Below, piece by piece: positions 51,152 to 58,800 of a stretch of DNA of 64,000 nucleotides (positions are counted from its first letter, which is position 1; each line of letters starts with the position of its first letter). Position numbers and translations under genes: made by a program. Where the stretch lies: assembly GCA_902826025.1 (NCBI GenBank), contig CADEDH010000009.1, positions 22,796-86,795 on the forward strand. The letters are read 5' to 3'. The DNA is from an uncultured Actinomycetes bacterium (GTDB taxonomy: Bacteria; Actinomycetota; Acidimicrobiia; Acidimicrobiales; SZUA-35). The notes under the pieces were generated by a model. The model had not been told where the DNA came from. It searched no databases and saw only the letters and a list, made by a program, of their open reading frames with translations.

Positions 51152-51919
51152 ATGAGCGCCCCCAGCGCCGATCCGGCATCCCTACTGGCAGCGGCCGGTT
51201 TCGTGGCCGCGGCGGAGGAAGCCGAGCTGCTGGCGGCCGCAGCCGGCGGGCACCCGGCCCGGCTGGAGGCCATGGTCGCCCGCCGGCTGACAGGCGAGCC
51301 CCTGGCCTGGATCGTGGGCCATACCGTGTTCGCCGGGCACCGGATCACGGTCGCCCCCGGGGTGTACGTACCCCGCCCCCACACCGAGGCGGTGGTGCAC
51401 CGGGCCCTCCACCACCTGCCGGTCGACGGCGTGGCGGTGGACGCCTGCACCGGCTCGGGCGCTCTGGCCCTCGCGCTGGCCCGGGCCCGACCCGGCGCCC
51501 GGGTGGTGGCGACCGACGCCGATCCGGCGGCGGTGGCCTGTGCCCGGGCCAACGGAGTGGACGCCCGGCAGGGTGACCTGCTGACACCGGTCCCGGCCGA
51601 CCTGACCGGCCGGGTGGACGTGGTGGTGGCCGTGGTGCCCTACGTACCCACCCCGGCTCTCCCCCTGCTGCAGCGGGACACCTTCCGATTCGAGTCGGCA
51701 CTGGCCTACGACGGCGGCCCCGACGGGGCCCGGCTCCTGCGCCGGCTGGCGGCTGACGCCAGGACCCTGCTCCGCCCCGGCGGCCACCTGGTGGCCGAGC
51801 TGGGCGGAGACCAGGCGGCGGTGATCCCGGCCGAGCTGGCCGCTCTGGGCTACCGCGACATTGCCGTGCTGGCCGACGACGAGGGCGACCCCCGCGCCGT
51901 CGAAGCCGGGTGGGGGTGA
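51152..51919 (+). CDS. HemK/PrmC-related putative protein-(glutamine-N5) methyltransferase with a divergent substrate motif
   Basis: LTGEPLAWIVGHTVFAG, VYVPRPHTE, SAM motif I VDACTGSGALAL, and VVPY (51632-51643) in place of NPPY. Confidence 0.75.
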   Translation: MSAPSADPASLLAAAGFVAAAEEAELLAAAAGGHPARLEAMVARRLTGEPLAWIVGHTVFAGHRITVAPGVYVPRPHTEAVVHRALHHLPVDGVAVDACTGSGALALALARARPGARVVATDADPAAVACARANGVDARQGDLLTPVPADLTGRVDVVVAVVPYVPTPALPLLQRDTFRFESALAYDGGPDGARLLRRLAADARTLLRPGGHLVAELGGDQAAVIPAELAALGYRDIAVLADDEGDPRAVEAGWG

Positions 51920-51926
51920 GCGGCCC

Positions 51927-52730
51927 GTGCGGGTGGTGAGCTGGAACGTGAACTCACTGCGGGCCCGCCAGGAGCGGGTGCTCGGCTGGCTCGACCGCCA
52001 CCAGCCCGACGTCGCCCTCCTGCAGGAGACCAAGGGCACCGACGGCCACCTCGACGCCATCGGGTTCCCGGCGGCCGCCGCCGCCCGGGGCTACGAGGTG
52101 GCTCACCACGGGCGCGACCACTGGAACGGGGTGGCGGTGCTGAGCCGGGTGGGTCTCGACCGGGTGCAGCGGGGGTTCCCCGGGATCAACCGGGCCCCCT
52201 TCGACGAGGCCCGCGCGATCGCCGCCACCTGTGGCGGCGTCCGCTGCTGGTCGGTCTACGCCCCCAACGGGCGGACGCTCACCGACCCCCACTACCTGTT
52301 CAAGCTGGTGTGGTTCGAGCGGCTCCGGGCGGCGGTGGCCGCCGACCTGGGTCATTCCGATCCCGTCCCCGACCTGCTGTTGGCCGGCGATCTCAACGTT
52401 GCCCCGGCCGACGACGACATCTACGACCCGGTGCGCTGGCGCCGCCTCACCCATGCCAGCCCGGCGGAACGGGCGGCGGTGACCGCCCTGGCCGATCTGG
52501 GGCTGGTCGACGTGACCCGCGAGCGGCACCCCGGGCCCGGGGTCTACACCTGGTGGAGCTACCGGCCGGGCCAGCTGGAACGGAACCGGGGGCTGCGGAT
52601 CGATCTGGCCCTGTGCTCGGCCCCGGTGGCGGGCCGGGTGGCCGGCGTGTGGATCGACACCGCCGAGCGGGCCGCCCCCGGCGCCTCCGACCATGCCCCC
52701 CTGGTGCTCGACCTGGCCCCCCACCCCTGA
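51927..52730 (+). CDS. xthA: Exodeoxyribonuclease III (AP endonuclease family 1)
   Basis: GTG 51927. The blocks are VVSWNVNSLRAR, DVALLQETK, GDLNVAP and the terminal SDHAPLVLDL. Confidence 0.9.
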   Translation: MRVVSWNVNSLRARQERVLGWLDRHQPDVALLQETKGTDGHLDAIGFPAAAAARGYEVAHHGRDHWNGVAVLSRVGLDRVQRGFPGINRAPFDEARAIAATCGGVRCWSVYAPNGRTLTDPHYLFKLVWFERLRAAVAADLGHSDPVPDLLLAGDLNVAPADDDIYDPVRWRRLTHASPAERAAVTALADLGLVDVTRERHPGPGVYTWWSYRPGQLERNRGLRIDLALCSAPVAGRVAGVWIDTAERAAPGASDHAPLVLDLAPHP

Positions 52731-52774
52731 TCTGGTGTCCCCCACCCGTCACCGGTGACGCCCTCGACACCAGA
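52731..52774. terminator. Nested palindrome immediately after the xthA stop
   Basis: The outer 9-bp stem is tctggtgtc (52731-52739) paired with gacaccaga (52766-52774). It encloses a perfect 14-nt palindrome, cgtcaccggtgacg (52747-52760). There is no U-tract. Confidence 0.45.
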
Positions 52775-52850
52775 TCCCCCCGACATCAGATCATGGTCAG
52801 CCGGTCGGGGTTTGGTGCCGCGGCGGGGCGCCCGGTACCGTCGGCGCCCG

Positions 52851-53660
52851 ATGACGAGCGGCCCGGTCAACCTCCACTCCGCCCTCCAGCTCACCCCCCG
52901 GGGCGACGGAGTGCTCGAAGCCGGCATCGCCGAGGGCTGGGACGTCCGGGGCAATCCCCACGGCGGCTATCTCCTGGCCCTGGTGGCCGGGGCCATGGCC
53001 ACCGTCGTACCCCAACCCCACCCGGTGGCCATCGCCGCCACCTACCTGGCCGTGCCCCACTTCGGCCCGGCCGAACTCCACGTGGAGCCGGTGCGGCTGG
53101 GCAAGCGGCAGAGCACGGCGTCGGTGCGCCTGCTCCAGGACGGCCTGGAGCGGGTGCGGGCCACCGCCACCTTCGGCCACCTCCCCGAGAGCGATCCCGA
53201 CCACCCCGCCGGCCCCGTCGACGCCCCCATCGTGGCCCCGCCCGAGGCGTGCCACCATCACGAGATCCTGGCCGACGCGGAGGGCGAGGAGATCCGCCTC
53301 CACCGCAGCCTCGACCTGCGGCTGGCCCCCGGGACCGGATGGGTGGTGGGCGAGCCCACCGGCACCGGTGAGCTGGTGGGTTGGCTCCGCCTGGCCGATG
53401 GGACCCCGCCCGACGTGGCCGCCACCCTCGTCTTCTCCGACGGGATGCCCCCGTCGATCTTCGAGGAACGGGGTCGGGTGGGCCACGTGCCCACGCTCCA
53501 GCTCACCACTCACCTCTTCGCCCTGCCCTCGCCGGGATGGGTGCTGGGCCGCTTCCACACCCGGGTCGTCAACGGGGCCTTCGTGGGCGAGGATGGCGAC
53601 CTGTGGGACGAGACCGGCAAGCTGGTGGCCACGACCCGCCAGCTGGCCCTGCTGGTGTAG
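52851..53660 (+). CDS. Acyl-CoA thioesterase (TesB-like double hotdog / thioesterase-like superfamily)
   Basis: ATG 52851. GNPHGGYLLALVAGAM, GKRQSTASVRL, and a second-half hotdog with FVGEDGDLWDETGKLVATTRQ. Confidence 0.75.
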   Translation: MTSGPVNLHSALQLTPRGDGVLEAGIAEGWDVRGNPHGGYLLALVAGAMATVVPQPHPVAIAATYLAVPHFGPAELHVEPVRLGKRQSTASVRLLQDGLERVRATATFGHLPESDPDHPAGPVDAPIVAPPEACHHHEILADAEGEEIRLHRSLDLRLAPGTGWVVGEPTGTGELVGWLRLADGTPPDVAATLVFSDGMPPSIFEERGRVGHVPTLQLTTHLFALPSPGWVLGRFHTRVVNGAFVGEDGDLWDETGKLVATTRQLALLV

Positions 53661-53732
53661 ACAACCCTCTGCTGGCATCGGCTGAGGCCTGCTGGTAGCG
53701 GCAATTGCCCTGGTCAGGGCGATTCCGCGGGC

Positions 53733-53754
53733 CCGGTTGACCACCGGTTCTTTT
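53733..53754 (+). terminator. Weak candidate intrinsic terminator (5-bp stem plus T-tract)
   Basis: ccggt-tgacc-accgg is followed by ttctttt. It is one of the very few T-runs in the window and lies about 75 nt after the thioesterase stop. The stem is short. Confidence 0.25.
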
Positions 53755-53855
53755 ACACCCTGGCGCGTGCGTAGACGGTGACTCCTGGGTAGGGTTGCCC
53801 ACCCGCCGGGCGAGATCCCGGCTGGTTCCCGCCAAACAAAACCAGGAGCAAGCTC

Positions 53856-55820
53856 ATGACGCGACGACGTTGGCGCGCTCTGGCTGCTGTTGGGCTAGTC
53901 ACCGTGCTCTTTGCCACGGTCGACAGCCCGGCTGAGGCCGCGCCCCGAGCTACCACCACCCAGGCCTACGAGGTGTGGGTCACCGATGCTGCCGAGAACG
54001 AGTTGCTCGTCTACTCGGGCACGGCCCTGGAGGACAGCGCCCGGCCCCGCAACGAGGCCGACGTGATCGATCTGGCTGCGTTGTTCGATCTCTCGGGCCC
54101 CAACAACACCACCGGCTTGGCGGTGTCGGGGCCCCAGACGGTCGATGTGAGCCCCAACGGGCGATATGTGGCCGTGGTGTTCGCCGAGAGCGGGCACGTG
54201 GCCGTCTTCGACGCCAAGACTCATCAGCCCAAGGCCCTGATCCTGCCGTCGGCCAGCCGGCGCGGCCGGTTGACCACCGCCGCTTCGGAAGCCAGCCCGG
54301 TGTCGTCGGCCCAGTGGCTGGCCGACGGCTCGGCCATCGTGCTGGCCAACCAGGGCACGAAGCGGGTGGAGCGCATCGCCTACGACGCCACCACCGACTC
54401 CTTCGCCTACGACGGCGGGGCGGCGTTCGACCTGTCCCGGTGCACCACGCCAGGGGGAAAGCCGTGCCAGTCGACCTCCCCCGTCGACCCGGCCAACCCC
54501 GGCTACTTCGGACCTGACAACCGCCCCGACACCACCCCGGTGTGTGTGGTGGCCACCGACCGGGGCCATGTGCTGGTGACGATGGCCGGCGGCGGCCTGT
54601 TCGTGCTCGACCCCGCCGCCACCCCCATGCACCTGGTGGCCGCCTACGGCAACCAGTCCGTTGGCCGCGAGGCGTGCGGCGGGGCCCAGACCGACCGCTT
54701 CGTGCACCTGGCAGCCGACACCGCCACCGCCAGCGATCCGTTCCAGTATTCGCTGTACCAGGTGCGCGACAACTACCCCCGGGCGCCCCGCACGATCGTC
54801 GACAACGAACCGCAGCGGGCCCCGAAGCTGTTCTGGCGCTCGCCCGATGGCACCATGGATCCCCACCCCCGGGCCATGGCCATCGCCGGATCGGCCAACT
54901 CCCTGTGGAACCTGGAACGGTCGTCGGGGATGGCCGACGTGTTCAGCCCCACCTCGCTGGCCAAAGTGACTTCGGTGCCCCTGGCCGGTGACCTCGTGGA
55001 CGACCCGAGGACGGTGGCGGCGGCGGCCTCGCCCGACGGCAAGCGGTTGTTCGTGCTGCTGGGCGGCACCATGCCGGGTGAGCCCGGTGGGAGCCGTCCC
55101 CTGGGGCTCGGCATCATGACCATCTCCGCCACCGGCACCGGCGGCAGCCTGACCGAGCTGCTGGGCACGGCCGAGGCCCTGCCTACGGTGGAGCATCCAA
55201 CCGAGCCACCGGCCACGACGACCCCGACGACGGACCCGGAGCCGGCTGACCCGCCGACCACGGACTCGGTCCCCTCGGACTCGGCCCCCTCGGACTCGGT
55301 CCCCATGGACTCGATGCCTGAAGACCCGGCCCCCACCGACATGGATCCCACCGAGCCGGCGCCGACCGACGAGACGGTGGCCACCACCACATCGCTGGTG
55401 CGTCGTACCCCGGCCACCACGGCCTCCACCCGCCAGACCCTGTCGGCCAGCGGCGCCACCACCACCGCCACCAACCGCAAGGTGACGACCACGACGTTCC
55501 GGGCCCTCGCCGCAACCAGCACCACCCGCCGGGCGGCGGCCCCCACCACCAGCACGCGCAAGGGGCTGGGGGTCATCGCCACGGCCACCACCGCTAGCGC
55601 GCCGACCAAGCGGGCGGGCCTGATCCCGTCGGCTGACCTCGTGGCCAAGCCGACCACCACCATGATGGCGGGTAAGACCGCCACGACGAGGGCCGCCGGG
55701 CCCGCCCCGTCCACCACAGCTCCGGCCACGGTGAGCGGGGCCGGGAGCGGGGCGGGGGCCATGCCGGCGCCAGCCGAGCCCGGCGGTATGGCGGTGGTGA
55801 TGGCAGCCAAGGGCAGCTGA
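53856..55820 (+). CDS. Secreted protein: YVTN/lactonase-like beta-propeller followed by an acidic Pro/Asp/Ser repeat and a basic Thr/Ala/Arg-rich tail
   Basis: aggag lies 8 nt upstream of ATG 53856. The signal peptide is RWRALAAVGLVTVLFATVDSPAEA. Propeller-type strings are DVSPNGRYVAVVFAESGHVAVFD and SPDGKRLFVLLGG. The C-terminal ~240 aa are low complexity. Confidence 0.7.
   Translation: MTRRRWRALAAVGLVTVLFATVDSPAEAAPRATTTQAYEVWVTDAAENELLVYSGTALEDSARPRNEADVIDLAALFDLSGPNNTTGLAVSGPQTVDVSPNGRYVAVVFAESGHVAVFDAKTHQPKALILPSASRRGRLTTAASEASPVSSAQWLADGSAIVLANQGTKRVERIAYDATTDSFAYDGGAAFDLSRCTTPGGKPCQSTSPVDPANPGYFGPDNRPDTTPVCVVATDRGHVLVTMAGGGLFVLDPAATPMHLVAAYGNQSVGREACGGAQTDRFVHLAADTATASDPFQYSLYQVRDNYPRAPRTIVDNEPQRAPKLFWRSPDGTMDPHPRAMAIAGSANSLWNLERSSGMADVFSPTSLAKVTSVPLAGDLVDDPRTVAAAASPDGKRLFVLLGGTMPGEPGGSRPLGLGIMTISATGTGGSLTELLGTAEALPTVEHPTEPPATTTPTTDPEPADPPTTDSVPSDSAPSDSVPMDSMPEDPAPTDMDPTEPAPTDETVATTTSLVRRTPATTASTRQTLSASGATTTATNRKVTTTTFRALAATSTTRRAAAPTTSTRKGLGVIATATTASAPTKRAGLIPSADLVAKPTTTMMAGKTATTRAAGPAPSTTAPATVSGAGSGAGAMPAPAEPGGMAVVMAAKGS
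55263..55322. repeat. 15-nt x 4 in-frame tandem repeat (DSVPS DSAPS DSVPM DSMPE) inside the CDS
   Basis: The sequence is gactcggtcccctcg, gactcggccccctcg, gactcggtccccatg, gactcgatgcctgaa. Confidence 0.85.
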
Positions 55821-55830
55821 CGATCCCGAC

Positions 55831-55883
55831 GGCGAACTGTGGCGCCAGCGCGCAGAATCCAGCGCCTGGCGCCACAGTTCGCC
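55831..55883. terminator. Perfect 18-bp inverted repeat (GGCGAACTGTGGCGCCAG) between convergent genes; same GCGAACTG core as the REP-like family
   Basis: ggcgaactgtggcgccag (55831-55848) pairs with ctggcgccacagttcgcc (55866-55883) across a 17-nt loop. It sits centred in the 71-nt spacer between the stops at 55820 and 55892. Confidence 0.65.
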
Positions 55884-55891
55884 ATACTGCG

Positions 55892-58800
55892 TCAGGGGGC
55901 GAGGGCCACCTGGACGATCTCGAGCGCGGCGCCGCTCACCAGATAACCCCGCCCCGCCGGCCACTGGTGGCTGCGGACCCGGGGCAGGGCCGTACCGAAC
56001 ACCTCAGCATCGTCCACCGGGGCCGGCTGCAGCAGCAGCCCCCGCCGCCCGGCCGTGAGCACCCGGGCCAGCGGGTCGTAGGACGACCGGCGGGCCGAGG
56101 TGTCGTCGACGGCGGCCACCACCGACCACCGGATGCCGTCGGCCCCATCGGCCAGGCGGTCGACCGGGACCCCGCTGTCGTGGAGGGTGTTGGCATCGTC
56201 CACCAGCACCAGGATCGGTGGCGGGGCCGGGCCGTCGCCCCCCTGTCCTGCCCGGCCGCCGCCGGCGGCCGGCAGAGCCAGCAGTTCCTGCACGGCCTCG
56301 TCGGCGTCCATGAAGCCGGCGGCCAGCCGCCACCCGGCCGGCAGAGCGGCGGTCGGCGGTTTGTTGGCCAGGTACCACACGGCTGACACCGCCGGCCGGG
56401 CCCCCTGCCCGATGGCCCGCAGCGCATTCGACCGCCCCGAGAACCGGGGGCCCGACACGAGGAACACCCGGGGTCCTTCCGACCACCGCCACGGGGTGAA
56501 GTCCCGGTCCCTCAGGCCTACCGCATCGCCGGCGGGCAGCTCGTGGCGATGGACCACCACCGGCAGCAGCCGCACCGGTGGGGCCTCGGCCACGGCTCGG
56601 GCCCGGAGCTCGACGGCCAGGCGGGCCAGGGCGTCGAGCTGAGCCTCGGCTCCCGGCTGGCCGCCCAGGATCGCCACCTGGGCCTCGTCGGTGCCCTCCA
56701 TCGCCCGTCCCGGAGGCGATGCGGCGTGGAGCTGGGCCGGCACGTCCAACGAGCGGTAGTCGTCCGCGCTGGTCTGGCGCAGCACCAGCCACCGGCCGAT
56801 CGTGCGGGCCATGGTGGAGTAGATCGCCTCCCGGCGGGGGGCGGTGAGCACCACGTGAATGCCAAAGGGGCGGCCCTCGGCGGCCAGGCGCCTCACCAGG
56901 TTCACCCACCGCTCCCCTTCCAGCTGCTCGTAGGCCTGGTGGAAGGCGGGATAGCCGTCGATGAGGAGCCAGGTGCGGTGGATCTCGTCGCCGGGCTGGG
57001 CGGCCCGGTACTCGGCCAACGACGCCGCCCCCACGGCGGAGAAACGCTCGGCCCGCTCGTCGAGCAGGGCACCCAGGTCGGCCAGCAGGCGGCGCACCCG
57101 GTCGGGGTCGTCCTCCCCCACCACCGAGCCTACGTGGGGCAGCACCTCCAGCGGCCGCAGACCCCGGCCGGCGAAGTCGAGGCAGTGGACGAACGGCACC
57201 CGCTCGGCCCGCGACTGGCCCAGGGCCACGGCAGCGGCGATGGTGCGCAGGGCCACTGTCTTGCCGGCCCCGCCGGTGCCCACGATGCCCAGGCTGCCGT
57301 CGACGTCGGGCTCGAAGGTCAGCGCCACCTGGTCCTGGCGGCCCGGCCGATCGACCATACCCAGGACGACAGCCTCGTGATCGGGGCCCGGCGGGGTGAA
57401 CGGCACCGCTTCCAGGGCGCAGACGGGAGCGAGGGGTTCCAGCCACGGCTTGGGGGGCAGGGGTGCCCCGGTGGCGACGTGGGCCGCCGTGATCGTGGCC
57501 ACCAGCCGCTCCAGGTCGCTCTGGCCGGTGCCGCGCTCGGCGTCACGGTGCCCGGCACCGAATCGGGCCCCGGCTGCCGGGTGGCTCGGCCCGCCGGGTA
57601 GGCCCTGGGTGGTGCCGAAACGGAGGTCGGCCAAAGAGACCACGGGCCCGTCAGCCCCTGCGCCCGATACGCCGCCCACGTAGGCGGTCTGGAACGGCAC
57701 CCGGTCCCGGGGGCCGATGCGCACGATGGCCCGGCCCGGCAGGGCCCGGTCGATGTGGGCGGCGTCGGCCACGTCTATGACGTCGGTTGAGTCCTCGGCG
57801 TCGGCCACCCGTAGGGCGATTCGCAGATCGGTGTTGGCCCGGATCTGGGGCGTGATCACGCCGGCCGGGCGCTGGGTGGCCAACACCAGATGGAGGCCCA
57901 GGCTCCGGCCCCGCTGGGCCACCCCCACCACACCCTCGATGAACTCGGGCACCTCCTGCACCAGAGCGGCGAACTCGTCGACCACGATCAGGAGGCTGGG
58001 CGGGGCGCCGGGCAGGCCCCGGTCGAGCATCTCGGCCAGGTCGGCACAGTCGTTGGCGTGCAGCACCCGTTCCCGGCGGGTCAGCTCAGCCCTCAGGCTC
58101 TGGAGGGCCCGGTTCACGCCGGCGGCGTCGAGGTCGGTCACCATGCCTACGGCGTGGGGCAGTCGGCTGCAGTCCTTGAAGGCGGCACCGCCCTTGTAGT
58201 CGACCAGGAGGAACGTGACGGCGTGGGGACCGTGGGTGGCGGCCAACGACGAGATCCACGTCTGGAGCAGCTCGCTCTTGCCCGCTCCGGTGGTGCCGGC
58301 CACCAGGCAGTGGGGGCCGTCCCGGCGGATGTCGAGCGACAGCACCTCAGTGGCCATCCGCCCCACCGGGGCGGCCAGCGACCGGCTGGGCCGGGCCCAG
58401 CGGGCTGCCACCACGGCCGGCGAGTCGAGGACGTCGGGCTCGCCCAGCAACTCGGGCAGGTCGACCCGGGCCGGGATCTCGGCCGCCCGGGCCACCTGCG
58501 AGGCGGCGTCGGTGATCGGGGCCAGGCGGCGGGCCAGGCTCTCGGCCTCGACCCCGGCGATGCCCTCCACCGCCACCGCCTCCACCGGAGGCCCCGCCGC
58601 CACCGGCGGGGTGACGATGCCCACCGGCCGCTCCCCCGCCGTCAGCTCCACGTCCACCACCGTGGCCACCGGGCGGGGCACCCGGCGGGAGGCCCCGGCC
58701 ATCCACAACGTGTACACCCCGGCGGCGGGGCCGTGCTCCAAGAGGTAGGTCAGCTCGTGCTGCTCCACCGGTACCCCTTCCACCACGACGACGACCACCA

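Noticed and set aside
53661-53855. The 195-nt leader upstream of the secreted propeller gene, considered as a riboswitch or sRNA.
   Set aside because: I could find only short hairpins (ccctg/caggg, ccggt/accgg) and a ctgctgg direct repeat. I could not align any known riboswitch consensus by eye. A covariance-model scan (Rfam/Infernal) would be needed.
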